From assembly GCA_900316345.1 (NCBI GenBank), contig ONCR01000011.1, positions 7,257-71,256 on the forward strand: a stretch of DNA of 64,000 nt, written 5' to 3'. The number at the start of each line of letters is the position of its first letter. Position 1 is the first letter of the stretch. Below the pieces are notes generated by a model. The model made no database searches. It worked only from the letters and a program-made list of their open reading frames with translations, and was not told where the DNA came from. Below, piece by piece: positions 18,557 through 28,594 of the stretch. The stretch comes from an uncultured Eubacteriales bacterium (GTDB lineage: Bacteria > Bacillota > Clostridia > Oscillospirales > Acutalibacteraceae). Both the position numbers and the translations under genes were made by a program.

Positions 18557-20403
18557 CGTCTTTTGCCTTTTTTGTTATTGGTCTGTCTTGAGTTATGCCT
18601 GCCGTTATTCGGCGACGAGCCCCTTACGAGGCACATATCCCCCGTCCCGATTAAATCATAACGGTGCGCCTTCCTGAGCGCTTCCTCAACAAGCGGCGCG
18701 TTTTTAGGAACATAATACTGTAAAAGCGCGCGCTGAAGAGCTTTTTCATGGGGATTTTTTGTACAGTAAACCTCTTTCATTGTATAAGGGTCAAGCCCCG
18801 TGTAATACATTGCGGTTGAAACTGTTCCGGGAGTCGGATAAAAATCCTGAACCTGTTCGGGACGGATACGGTTTTTCTTTAAAAAAAGCGCAAGCTCAAT
18901 CGCGTCATCAAGAGTTGAGCCCGGGTGGCTTGACATAAGATAAGGAACAAGATACTGGTCCTTATTTGCTTCGCCGCTGTATTCAAAATAACGCCTTGAA
19001 AACTCAATATACGCCTCAATATGCGGCTTGCCCATTTTGTCAAGAACCGCTGCGGAGCAATGCTCCGGCGCAACCTTTAGCTGGCCGCTTACGTGGTACT
19101 TAACCAGCTCTCTGAAAAAGCTTTCATCCCTGTCAAGCATAAGGTAATCATAGCGAATACCCGAACGGATAAACACTTTTTTAACTTCGGGAAGCGAGCG
19201 AACCTCGCGCAGGATTTCAAGATATTCGCTATGGTCGGCGGTAAGATTAGGGCACGGCTTCGGCGCAAGGCATTTTTTACCCTTGCAAAGCCCCTTTTCC
19301 TTTTGCATTTCGCAGGAGGGCTTGCGAAAGTTAGCCGTCGGGCCGCCGACGTCATGGATATAGCCCTTAAAATCGGGAAGCGCAGTCAGAAGCTTTGCTT
19401 CTTCAATTATACTTTTCTTACTTCGTGAGGTAACGTATCTTCCCTGGTGAAAGGCTATTGAACAGAAGTTACAGCCGCCGAAGCAGCCGCGGTTATGGGT
19501 AATGGAAAATTCAACCTCTTTAATTCCGGGAACGCCTCCCTGAGCTTCATACATAGGGTGATACGTTCGCATATAGGGAAGCGAATAGACCTCGTCAAGC
19601 TCTTCTGTAGTAAGCGGAGGCGAGGGCGGATTTTGAATTACCATCAGCTTTCCGTGCTTTTGTTTAATAGCTCTGCCGCGAATATGGTCCTGCTCATCCT
19701 GCTGAATTCGGGTTGCTTTTGCATATTCGGCTTTATTGGCTTTAACGTTTTCATAGCTCGGGCATTCAGTACCTACGTAAGGGGTTTCCCTTACGTCAAC
19801 ACAGTAGGTTGTTCCGAGAATATCGTGAATTTCATTAATTCTTTCGCCGCCGTCAAGCCTGAGAGCAAGCTCCGAAATCTGATGCTCGCCCATTCCCTGG
19901 ATAAGCAAATCCGCGCCGGATTCAACAAGAATGCTCGGCCTTACTGCGTTATCCCAGTAATCATAATGGGCAAAGCGGCGAAGCGAGGCTTCAAGGCCGC
20001 CGATAATAACGGGAACGTCGGGATAAAGCTTTTTAACGGTTTTTGTATAGACGGTAACGGCTCTGTCGGGGCGTTTGCCCGTTTTGCCGCCTGCCGTATA
20101 GGCGTCCGTACTACGGCGTTTTTTAGCGACGGTATAGTGGGCAACCATACTGTCAATATTTCCGCTCGTTATCAAATACGCGAGCCTCGGCTTTCCGAAT
20201 TGAACAAAATCAGCCGCGCTATGCACATCGGGCTGGCTTAGTACGGCTACTTTAAAGCCCTTGCTTTCAAGGACCCTTGTTATTATTGCCGCGCCGAAGG
20301 AGGGATGGTCAACATACGCATCGCCCGTAATATAGACGAAATCGACCTCATCCCAGCCTCTTTGCAGCATATCTTTTTTATTTACGGGAAGAAAGGTATT
20401 CAT
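18553..20403 (-). CDS. ygiQ: YgiQ family radical SAM protein (UPF0313)
   Basis: N-terminus LPVNKKDMLQRGWDEVDFVYITGDAYVDHPSFGAAII and radical SAM cluster C-F-G-G-C-N-F-C. The basic C-terminal tail is typical of the family. Confidence 0.9.
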   Translation of the reverse strand: MNTFLPVNKKDMLQRGWDEVDFVYITGDAYVDHPSFGAAIITRVLESKGFKVAVLSQPDVHSAADFVQFGKPRLAYLITSGNIDSMVAHYTVAKKRRSTDAYTAGGKTGKRPDRAVTVYTKTVKKLYPDVPVIIGGLEASLRRFAHYDYWDNAVRPSILVESGADLLIQGMGEHQISELALRLDGGERINEIHDILGTTYCVDVRETPYVGTECPSYENVKANKAEYAKATRIQQDEQDHIRGRAIKQKHGKLMVIQNPPSPPLTTEELDEVYSLPYMRTYHPMYEAQGGVPGIKEVEFSITHNRGCFGGCNFCSIAFHQGRYVTSRSKKSIIEEAKLLTALPDFKGYIHDVGGPTANFRKPSCEMQKEKGLCKGKKCLAPKPCPNLTADHSEYLEILREVRSLPEVKKVFIRSGIRYDYLMLDRDESFFRELVKYHVSGQLKVAPEHCSAAVLDKMGKPHIEAYIEFSRRYFEYSGEANKDQYLVPYLMSSHPGSTLDDAIELALFLKKNRIRPEQVQDFYPTPGTVSTAMYYTGLDPYTMKEVYCTKNPHEKALQRALLQYYVPKNAPLVEEALRKAHRYDLIGTGDMCLVRGSSPNNGRHNSRQTNNKKGKRR

Positions 20404-22925
20404 TAAATTTCCTCACTACCGTCATAATCGTCATAATCGAAAGGAGCTTCATCGCTGTCAAAGCTCATCTGTTCGGTATTGTCAGCGGTAAATTCGGGCG
20501 CGGGACCGTTGGCCTTCATCTGAATCCACTGTTGCATATTAATTCTGATTTCCCTTGGCTTTGCGCCGTCCTGAGGGCCGATAATTCCCTTTTCCTCAAG
20601 CTGGTCCATTATCTTTGAACCCCTTGAATAGCCGACGCCGAGCTTACGCTGAAGGAAGGAGGTGGAAGCACGTCCGTTTTCAAGAACAACCTCAACGGCG
20701 TTTTCAAATAACGGGTCAAGGCTCTCGCCGCCCTCGTCATCGCCTGACATACCCGAGGATTTATCCTGAACGGCCTTGCTTTCAATTTCCTTCTGAATTT
20801 CATCGCTGTACTGGCTTTCGCCCTGATTTTTAATAAATTCGCAAAGCTTTTCAACCTCTTCATCGCTTATAAAACAGCCCTGAACACGAAGCGGTTTGCT
20901 TGCGCCGATAGGCGAATAAAGCATATCGCCGTGGCCGAGGAGCTTTTCAGCGCCGCCCGTATCAAGAATAGTTCTTGAATCTATCTGAGACGAAACGGTT
21001 AAGGCAATACGTGAAGAAATATTAGCTTTAATAAGACCTGTGATAACGTCAACCGAAGGCCTTTGGGTTGCAATAACAAGATGCATACCTGCGGCACGCG
21101 CCATTTGTGCGAGGCGGCAAATGCTGTCCTCAACCTCTTTAGGGGCGGCCATCATAAGGTCTGCAAGCTCGTCAATACAGATAACGATTTTAGGCATCGG
21201 CTCCATATCGGGGTGCTTTTCAACGAATTTGTTATAGCCCGAAATATCGCGGACGCCCGTATCCGAAAACGCCTGATAACGCTTAAGCATTTCGGAAACA
21301 GCCCAGCCGAGAGCGCCCGAGGCCTTTCTTGCGTCCGTAACAACGGGAACAAGAAGGTGCGGAATGTTTTCATATTTTGAAAATTCAACTTTCTTCGGGT
21401 CAATCATAAGAAACTTAACTTCGTCGGGCTTTGCGCGGTAAAGAATTGAAACGATAATTGAGTTCATACATACCGATTTACCCGAGCCGGTTGTGCCCGC
21501 AATAAGAAGGTGAGGCATTTTTGCAACGTCGCAGAAAACGGTGTTGCCCGCAATATCCTTACCCAGAGCTGCCGAAAGGAGCGAGCTCTGCCTTGAAAAT
21601 TCGGGAGCGTCAATAACCTCTCTTATTGAAACCATATTCTTAACGGTATTCGGTATTTCAATTCCAACGGCCGCCTTGCCCGGAATCGGAGCTTCAATGC
21701 GGACGTTTGTTGCCGCAAGATTAAGCGCAATATCGTCCGAAAGATTTGTGATTTTTGAAATACGTATACCGGCGGCAGGCTTAAGCTCATACCTCGTTAC
21801 CGTAGGGCCTCTTGAAATATCGGTTATTTCAGCCGAAACGCCGAAGGAATCAAGCGTTTTAATAAGAAGCTCGGCGTTGCTTTTAAGCTCGTTGCTTATA
21901 TCCTTTGCGGATTTATGCGCCGCAACCTTAAGAATATCAACCGAAGGAAGCATATATTCGGCAACGGATTTATTCATATCCTCGTCGCTTACACTGAATT
22001 CGGGAAGAGGCTCGTTTTTCTTAGGCTCCTCCTTTTCTTCGCTTGCGTCCTTAATAATTTCATCAAGCGGCTTCGATTTTGCTTTAACGGTTTCGCGCTG
22101 TTCCTGCTTTTGTTTGGTGGATTCGTTGATTTCGCGGATTAAGTCGTCCATATTATCAACAGTCTCGGGCTTTTCGGGAACGCCGTTTTTATTCCTTTTA
22201 GGTTTGGCGTTTTTAGGCTTTGCCTTAACGTCAGTGCCGTCCTCATAGCCGTCAAGATAAACGTCGATATTACGGTTTCTTCTGCGCTCGCGCCTTTCTT
22301 CAATAATCGGCGTGGCCTTTTCAACCGCCCTTTTAACGGGTTTTGCCGTGTTTTTAAAGAACTGATTAACCGTAGCCTTTGAAAGAAGAAGAATATCAAC
22401 AAGCGAAAGAAGAAGCGTAATAATAATTGCAGGAGCCTTGCCCATTGTAAGAAGAAGCCAGCCAATCAGCGCGCCGAAAAAGCCGCCGTTAAACATAAAC
22501 GGGGCGTCGCGGTAAGCGGAGGATAAGGTTTCGCCGAAGGGGCTTCCGCTTGAATTGCGTACAATATGGATAAAAGCCGATGCAAGCAAAACAATAATAA
22601 CAATTAAACAAACCTCAAAGGTCATCCGCTTATTCTTGCTTTTTACGGTAAATAAAAACGAATACGCAAGACAGAGAAGCGGGAATACAACCGCCGCAAG
22701 CTTGCCGAGAAGACCGATATAGAAGTTATGTAAAATCAGCCATAATCCCTCGCCCGAAATGATTGCTATGAAAAAGAACAAAACCGAAAGCGCAAAGATA
22801 ACAATGCTCATTATCCTTGCATTTGTTTCGCTCTTTTCAAGCTCGTCAAAATCGGGCTGACGCTTTGTTTTAGGCTTTGCGGCTGATTTTGCGCCGCTTT
22901 TTTTAGAATTCCTTGAATTAGCCAT
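20403..22925 (-). CDS. ftsK: DNA translocase FtsK/SpoIIIE
   Basis: 840 aa. N-terminal TM helices and a charged linker precede a motor domain with Walker A GTTGSGKS and a C-terminal gamma (winged-helix) domain ASTSFLQRKLGVGYSRGSKIMDQLEEKGIIG. Confidence 0.95.
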   Translation of the reverse strand: MANSRNSKKSGAKSAAKPKTKRQPDFDELEKSETNARIMSIVIFALSVLFFFIAIISGEGLWLILHNFYIGLLGKLAAVVFPLLCLAYSFLFTVKSKNKRMTFEVCLIVIIVLLASAFIHIVRNSSGSPFGETLSSAYRDAPFMFNGGFFGALIGWLLLTMGKAPAIIITLLLSLVDILLLSKATVNQFFKNTAKPVKRAVEKATPIIEERRERRRNRNIDVYLDGYEDGTDVKAKPKNAKPKRNKNGVPEKPETVDNMDDLIREINESTKQKQEQRETVKAKSKPLDEIIKDASEEKEEPKKNEPLPEFSVSDEDMNKSVAEYMLPSVDILKVAAHKSAKDISNELKSNAELLIKTLDSFGVSAEITDISRGPTVTRYELKPAAGIRISKITNLSDDIALNLAATNVRIEAPIPGKAAVGIEIPNTVKNMVSIREVIDAPEFSRQSSLLSAALGKDIAGNTVFCDVAKMPHLLIAGTTGSGKSVCMNSIIVSILYRAKPDEVKFLMIDPKKVEFSKYENIPHLLVPVVTDARKASGALGWAVSEMLKRYQAFSDTGVRDISGYNKFVEKHPDMEPMPKIVICIDELADLMMAAPKEVEDSICRLAQMARAAGMHLVIATQRPSVDVITGLIKANISSRIALTVSSQIDSRTILDTGGAEKLLGHGDMLYSPIGASKPLRVQGCFISDEEVEKLCEFIKNQGESQYSDEIQKEIESKAVQDKSSGMSGDDEGGESLDPLFENAVEVVLENGRASTSFLQRKLGVGYSRGSKIMDQLEEKGIIGPQDGAKPREIRINMQQWIQMKANGPAPEFTADNTEQMSFDSDEAPFDYDDYDGSEEI

Positions 22926-22940
22926 GTAATTTTCCTATCT

Positions 22941-23801
22941 TTATCTTACTATTAACTGAACAATACCGATAACGGCAACAATAGCACCGAGGCTTATATC
23001 GTAATATGAAATATATTTAAGAAAGCCTTTTTTAATAACGTTGCTTAAAATTCTTACAAGAAGGAAGGATAATGCCGCTGAAAGGATAACGCCGATAATT
23101 GCCGCAATAACTCCGCTTCTGTAATCGGCGGTAATAATTTGCGCAATACCCGAAACAAGAAGAACGGGAACAGCGATTAAAAAGCTGTATTTCAAAGCAA
23201 GCTTGCTTCCGACGCCGAAAAGCACAAGAACGGCAAACACGCCGCCGATAAGCGAAAGCCCTGATACGGGAACAAGAAACAAACTGCAAACTCCTGCAAC
23301 AGCCGCCGCGGGAAGCGAAAGAAATTTAGCGTCTTTTTTAAGGCCGAGCTGCCATACGGAGGCAAGAAGCAACGTGCCGAGAACGGCGAAAAGAACGCCC
23401 TCATCAAGAAGCGTATTATTATTTGCTCCCGACTTTAAAAGGCCGTAAAGATTACCCTTACCACCGAGCGGTATAAGCCACAAAAGCATTGGCAAAAACG
23501 AAACGAGGCAGTAAACAACAAGCTTACCGTTAGGGGTTGAAGCGTTAAAACTGTATTCCCTTTTAATCAGAGCTCTGCCCGTTTTAAACGTTTCGCTTCC
23601 AAGCCTTAAAAAGAATTTCAGCGAAGCGGCAAAAATTCCGAGCGCTATGCCGATATGTATTGCGCCGGTAAGCGAGCCTACCGTTGCGTCCGCTCTTCCG
23701 GCAAAATCGCGGAAAACGGCGGTATGGCCGCTTTCGCTAATCGGCAGAATATAGGTTAGCGCCTGAAAAATGGCTTGAAATATCGCAATTATAACTGACA
23801 T
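22941..23801 (-). CDS. uppP: Undecaprenyl-diphosphate phosphatase (BacA/UppP family)
   Basis: ORF 22941..23834. The Met at 23801 follows a GGAGGAG RBS. N-terminal motif LTYILPISESGHT (compare LPISSSGHL of BacA). It is a polytopic membrane protein. Confidence 0.75.
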   Translation of the reverse strand: MSVIIAIFQAIFQALTYILPISESGHTAVFRDFAGRADATVGSLTGAIHIGIALGIFAASLKFFLRLGSETFKTGRALIKREYSFNASTPNGKLVVYCLVSFLPMLLWLIPLGGKGNLYGLLKSGANNNTLLDEGVLFAVLGTLLLASVWQLGLKKDAKFLSLPAAAVAGVCSLFLVPVSGLSLIGGVFAVLVLFGVGSKLALKYSFLIAVPVLLVSGIAQIITADYRSGVIAAIIGVILSAALSFLLVRILSNVIKKGFLKYISYYDISLGAIVAVIGIVQLIVR

Positions 23802-23917
23802 TATTTTCTCCTCCGAACAGCTCTGCGTTATCAAGAAAATACCCTGACCTTAAATAGTCGTAAGGATTGCTTGAACGGCAGGGCTGTACCCTTTTATCAT
23901 AATTATAAAATATATCG

Positions 23918-24640
23918 TCAAGACTTATTACTGTGTAAAGCATTGTTATTCCCTTCTATTTCGCAGTTAAGAAAATCAAGCGCGTCGGAAAGTCCGCCGA
24001 GGCAATCTATAAGCCCGCATTTAACAGCCTCCTCGCCGTCAAGCACCGTTCCGACATCCATAATAAGCTCACCCGTTTTCATCATAAGCGAGCGAAACGC
24101 CTTAGCGCTTATGGACGAATTGTTTTCAACGAACTTAACTATTCTGTCCTGCATTTTTTCAAAATAAGAAAGCGTTTGCGGAACGCCGAGTACGGTTCCG
24201 TTCATCCTTACGGGGTGAACGGTCATGGTTGCGCTCGGTACGATAAAGCTTTTTTTACAGCTTACGGCAAGCGGAACGCCGATTGAATGACCTCCGCCGA
24301 GAACAAGCGAAGCTGTAGGAGTTGTCATGGTTGAAAGCAGCTCCGCTATTGCAAGCCCCGCTTCAACGTCGCCGCCGACTGTATTAAGAATAATCAGCAA
24401 GCCTTCAATATCCTTGCTTTCCTCAATAGCAACAAGCTGAGGAATAACATGCTCATATTTAGTTGTTTTGTTCTGGCTCGGAAGAATGAAGTGACCCTCA
24501 ATCTGGCCTATAATCGTAAGGCAGTGAATAAAGTGGCCGTCCTTTTCAACGGTAATTGAGCCCGTTTCAAAAGCGGATTTACTTTCCTCTTCACAGCCTT
24601 CCTCGCGCTGTTCATTTTCCTCGCTGAATTCATCAGACAT
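23918..24640 (-). CDS. ClpP-fold serine protease family protein (TepA-like)
   Basis: 240 aa with IIGQIEGH...[17 protein letters not shown]...[22 protein letters not shown], resembling the ClpP/TepA family (SDH-type Clp fold). Confidence 0.7.
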   Translation of the reverse strand: MSDEFSEENEQREEGCEEESKSAFETGSITVEKDGHFIHCLTIIGQIEGHFILPSQNKTTKYEHVIPQLVAIEESKDIEGLLIILNTVGGDVEAGLAIAELLSTMTTPTASLVLGGGHSIGVPLAVSCKKSFIVPSATMTVHPVRMNGTVLGVPQTLSYFEKMQDRIVKFVENNSSISAKAFRSLMMKTGELIMDVGTVLDGEEAVKCGLIDCLGGLSDALDFLNCEIEGNNNALHSNKS

Positions 24641-24743
24641 AATAGCACCTCACGCTTATTATGCCCTAATTGTACAATATTACATAGTACATATTTTAAC
24701 ATTTTATAAGCAAAATTTCAACATATATTATAAAATAAATAGA

Positions 24744-24763
24744 ACGGGGCAAAAGCGCCCCGT
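24744..24763 (-). terminator. Terminator after the surface-protein/zinc-ribbon operon
   Basis: Minus strand reads ACGGGGC-gctttt-GCCCCGT followed by a T-rich run (TCTATTTATTTT). Confidence 0.55.
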
Positions 24764-24822
24764 ATTTTGATTTAAAAGTAATAGAATCGTTTTTATCGTT
24801 GCATATTTTGCTAACTTAATAA

Positions 24823-25530
24823 CTATTTAAGAAGCGGGATGTTACACTTTGAGCACCTATCCGCCGTTACGGGATTATGCGTTCCGCAGCCTACGCAGGC
24901 GATATACGGCGCCTTTGCCTTATCGTAAAGCTCATAAGGAAAGGTGAACTGCGGATGATATTTAAAACGGTCGCCCACGTTGAGATAGTGGTAAGCGGTT
25001 ACCAGACCGCCCTCGCGCTCAACGATTCGCTTTTTCTTGCCGTCATCCGTTTTTGCTATTGTTATATATTCGGTATAAGTGCTTACGTGTTCCTGATTTC
25101 TTTCGGTGCGCTCGCGTGCTTTCTGCTCCGTTACAACTGCTTCGTAAGTATTGTTTGCGCGCGCTTTAATAAAGCTGCGAACGGCAAAAAGCAGAAAAAT
25201 AAGCGAAACTACAGCGCCCGCGCCGAGCGCCTTTCCTATTTCCATTTTTTGAGTTATAAGGCTGTAAAGCGCAAATCCGATTAGCGGAAGCGGAACAATT
25301 ATGGCCGCAAAGATTTTTGACGCCTTGCGGTTTTTCTTTACTGCCGCAAGAATTTCAGGGTCATTAACACGGTCTGAAAAGCCGGGAGTAAGACCCGATG
25401 GCGTCGCAACGGGCGCTGCCGTAGGTATATTATTAACATTAGTTTCAGAGGTTATAGGCGCTCCGCAGTTTTCGCAGAATTTTGCGCCGTCCTTATTCAC
25501 TGCGCCGCAGGATGAACAAACACCTGACAT
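24823..25530 (-). CDS. Zinc-ribbon membrane protein (N- and C-terminal C-x2-C...C-x2-C ribbons flanking TM helices)
   Basis: ORF 24823..25536. The third-codon ATG at 25530 has AAGGAGG 7 nt upstream. Motifs: CSSCGAVNKDGAKFCENCG at the N-terminus, two hydrophobic helices, and CVGCGTHNPVTADRCSKCN at the C-terminus. Confidence 0.7.
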   Translation of the reverse strand: MSGVCSSCGAVNKDGAKFCENCGAPITSETNVNNIPTAAPVATPSGLTPGFSDRVNDPEILAAVKKNRKASKIFAAIIVPLPLIGFALYSLITQKMEIGKALGAGAVVSLIFLLFAVRSFIKARANNTYEAVVTEQKARERTERNQEHVSTYTEYITIAKTDDGKKKRIVEREGGLVTAYHYLNVGDRFKYHPQFTFPYELYDKAKAPYIACVGCGTHNPVTADRCSKCNIPLLK

Positions 25531-25542
25531 AATCATTCCTCC

Positions 25543-26270
25543 TTATTTCACTTTGACCTTAACGGTTTTTACGATACCGTTCTGTGCGTAAACATAGATG
25601 GTAACGGTACCCTTTTTCTTTGCTTTTATATTGCCCTTTGCGTCTACGGTTGCAATCTTTTTATTGCTGCTTTCGTAGCGGAACTTGGCAATATGAGTTG
25701 CCACCTTGCCCTTGCTTTGAAGCGTGGCTTTGATTTTAGTTTTCTTTCCTTTTTTAAGAGTAATCTTTGCTTTCTTTAACTTAATACCAGTCGGGTTGCC
25801 CTTCTTGCCGCCCGGGGTTGCGCAGTGAACGGATTTGGATTTGCTCATTATCCTGTTACCCGCGGCAGTCTTTTTGTAGGCTACAACAACGTATTTATAA
25901 TACTTGCCCTTCTTTAGCTTTTTGAAGGTATATTTAACCGCTTTCGGATTTGCTACTGTTGCCGCCCTTTCAAGTTTGTTTCCGCAGGGCGCGGCATAAA
26001 TTATATATCCGTCCGCTCCGCTGACTGCTTTCCACGAAACGGTAATATTGGTTTTCTTTGTTGTTGCTTTAAGCTTAAGCGGCGCATAAGCCGAGCCTGA
26101 AACATCCTTTTTATCCGTGTTGGTTTTCTTGATAAGCTCCTCCGTTTTCTCCTCGGTTGGCATTGCCGCCTCTTCGGGAGTGAGTGCGGGAGCGGGCTCC
26201 TTGTAATCGGGATTTGCCGCGCCGCAACGCTTGCACACTTTTTCATTATCCCCGAAATCGTGACCGAGCG
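25543..26270 (-). repeat. Direct repeat copy A (3' coding module shared by two surface-protein genes)
   Basis: Near-identical at nucleotide level to 28595..29322. The encoded 241-aa modules differ at 12 positions by my count. Confidence 0.9.
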
Positions 26271-28584
26271 CAGAGATTTCTGCTACATTGGTTTTTTCGC
26301 CGCAGAGAGAGCATACGTCTGCAGTAAAGCCCTTTTCGGTACAGGTCGGCTGAACGGTGGTTGCAACATTATTATGCGCGTGAGTATTATTGTGAATTTC
26401 GCCTGCGGTATGCTTAATACTGTCGTCGCCGTAGCGCACCTTAGCATTGAGCGTATTGGACACAACGGTTGCGTTTGTTTCGCCGATATCAACAGTATAC
26501 TCGCCGTCCGTTACAACCGTATTACTCGGAACGGTTGCTCCGCCGAGGCTGATAATTCCTATATCGCTTGAATTGATTGTGTTACTTGAAACAACGCCAT
26601 CCGAATTTACTACCGAAGCATCGCCCGCCCCGAGTGCGGAAACACCGACGAGATAATCGCCTGCGGCAGTAATATTATTATTAAATGCGGTTACGTGCTT
26701 CTTTTTGTCGCTTGAGTTTTCGTAAAAGCGAACTCCGAGAGAGAAATGTCCTTTAATATCTATCTCGTTTTCTACCGCCGCAAGGTCAGCTGCGCCTGCG
26801 GAGTTAGATACAAAATTCACTCCGTAAGCCATTTCCGCTTCAGCGTTTATTTTATTCAGAACAACTGAATTATTAAAGTCTGCGCCGCCTATAATCATAT
26901 CCACGGCAGCGGCGTAATACTCCGCCTTACAGCTGACCATATTTTCCGTGATGTTGCTTCTCTTCGTGTTGGTACTGAAGGCGTAAGCGTAGGTTTTTCC
27001 TTCCACGCTTACCGCATTACCGTTTGCGTTAAAGACAGCATTTGCTGTGGCGGGATTATCCGTTGTAACGGCGTAAACTGTATCATAGCTGCCGACGGCT
27101 TCCGTCGCTTTCAAAACAACGGTATTACCGATAAAGTTCACTTCGTTACAGTTTGAAAATGCAATTCCCGCAGAGGTCGGCACTCCTACCCAGCTACCTG
27201 AGCCTGCAGGCTTTTCCTGCCAGATTGTCTGCTCGGAAGCAAGGCGGATATCAAAGGTATTATCCTTTACCGTAACGGCGGAAATCGGGCTGATTTCATC
27301 GCCGCTTACGACAAGCGCACGGCGCAATTTGCCCTTCGTTCTGTCGCCCGTAAAGGTGATGTTATTATTAGTGAGCATTACGCCGCTTGCATTTTCTATC
27401 TTCACGGCGTATTCGCCCGTCTGCGTAATAGTAAGCCCGTCAATGCTGACATTGTCAGCGGTAATCAGGAACGAGATACCGCTGAAGGTTGCATTTTCAG
27501 AGGTAATGTCAACCGTCTGATTAACCGTGATTGTTGAAACATCAAGACCGGCGAAATCGCCGCTAAAGATGAGCGCGGGCTTATCCGTAGGTTTCAGAAC
27601 GCCGCTCGCGTCAAAGTAATCGTGGAAATTATCCTTGGTTACGGTTATCGCATTCGGCGCAATAATAACCTCACCGGAATCAACAAGCGACGCGCCCTTG
27701 GCATATGCCACTTTTTCGCCGAGCGTGATTTTTTCCTGCGGGAAGCTCACACCGCCTATGGCGGAGTTTACCGTCAGTTTTCCGCCGTTTACGGTAAAGC
27801 TGCAGCGGTAATCCTTATCATCGGGCTGCTCGGGGTTGGCAACATAAGGCTCAACGGTGATGCCGTAGCCGTCGGTTGAGGTAAGTGAAACTGTACCGCT
27901 TTCCATAACGAAGGCGTGCTGCGAATCGTCGCTGTTTCCGAAATGAAGCGCGGAATGGTAGTTGCTGACATTGAGCGTAGCGCCGTTTACGGTAACGGTT
28001 GCATTCTGACTGGCAACAATACCGTCATAGTTCGTTGTGGTTTTATTGACTGTAACGGTGCAATCGAGAAAATCAATATTGTGGTTAACCCATATGCTTG
28101 CGCACTGAGAATTAGTAACGGTGAGCGTTGCGCCGTCCTTAACGGTAAGGTTACCGCCGGGCGTTTCCCAATCGCCGATATAGGTTCCGTAATACGGGTT
28201 GTTGATAGCGAGGCTTCCGCCGCCCTTAATAATGACATCGCAGCCGCCCGCGGTATCAATGCCGTCGGCGTAAGTATTTGTACTTTCAAGCACATTGTCG
28301 CCTTCTAAAACGATGTTCAGCGTTGGAAGCTCGCTGTAAATCATCGCTTCGTACCACGGCTTAAATTCATAAGTATCCGAAATGCTTGCGCCGCTCAGCG
28401 TTAGAGTACTTCCCGCCGCGTCGAACGAAACCGTGCCGTCGCCTAAAACGTCGGCTGCGTTCTCTGAATTAACCTGAAAGCCGCCTACAAACAGCGCATA
28501 TTCTTCCGAATCCGCATACGCGCTCATAGGGAATGCGCTGATAAGCATAACAAGCGCAATCAACAATGATAAAAACTTTTTCAT
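25543..28584 (-). CDS. Secreted surface protein with a signal peptide, right-handed beta-helix-like repeats, a Cys-rich ALGH motif, a Lys-rich linker, and FN3-like plus Big_2-like C-terminal domains
   Basis: 1013 aa. Signal peptide MKKFLSLLIALVMLISAFPMSAYA. It has long Asn/Thr/Gly/Val-rich beta-helix-like repeats, and the C-terminal 241 aa are nearly identical to the neighbour. Confidence 0.8.
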   Translation of the reverse strand: MKKFLSLLIALVMLISAFPMSAYADSEEYALFVGGFQVNSENAADVLGDGTVSFDAAGSTLTLSGASISDTYEFKPWYEAMIYSELPTLNIVLEGDNVLESTNTYADGIDTAGGCDVIIKGGGSLAINNPYYGTYIGDWETPGGNLTVKDGATLTVTNSQCASIWVNHNIDFLDCTVTVNKTTTNYDGIVASQNATVTVNGATLNVSNYHSALHFGNSDDSQHAFVMESGTVSLTSTDGYGITVEPYVANPEQPDDKDYRCSFTVNGGKLTVNSAIGGVSFPQEKITLGEKVAYAKGASLVDSGEVIIAPNAITVTKDNFHDYFDASGVLKPTDKPALIFSGDFAGLDVSTITVNQTVDITSENATFSGISFLITADNVSIDGLTITQTGEYAVKIENASGVMLTNNNITFTGDRTKGKLRRALVVSGDEISPISAVTVKDNTFDIRLASEQTIWQEKPAGSGSWVGVPTSAGIAFSNCNEVNFIGNTVVLKATEAVGSYDTVYAVTTDNPATANAVFNANGNAVSVEGKTYAYAFSTNTKRSNITENMVSCKAEYYAAAVDMIIGGADFNNSVVLNKINAEAEMAYGVNFVSNSAGAADLAAVENEIDIKGHFSLGVRFYENSSDKKKHVTAFNNNITAAGDYLVGVSALGAGDASVVNSDGVVSSNTINSSDIGIISLGGATVPSNTVVTDGEYTVDIGETNATVVSNTLNAKVRYGDDSIKHTAGEIHNNTHAHNNVATTVQPTCTEKGFTADVCSLCGEKTNVAEISALGHDFGDNEKVCKRCGAANPDYKEPAPALTPEEAAMPTEEKTEELIKKTNTDKKDVSGSAYAPLKLKATTKKTNITVSWKAVSGADGYIIYAAPCGNKLERAATVANPKAVKYTFKKLKKGKYYKYVVVAYKKTAAGNRIMSKSKSVHCATPGGKKGNPTGIKLKKAKITLKKGKKTKIKATLQSKGKVATHIAKFRYESSNKKIATVDAKGNIKAKKKGTVTIYVYAQNGIVKTVKVKVK

Positions 28585-28594
28585 TTTTCTCTCC

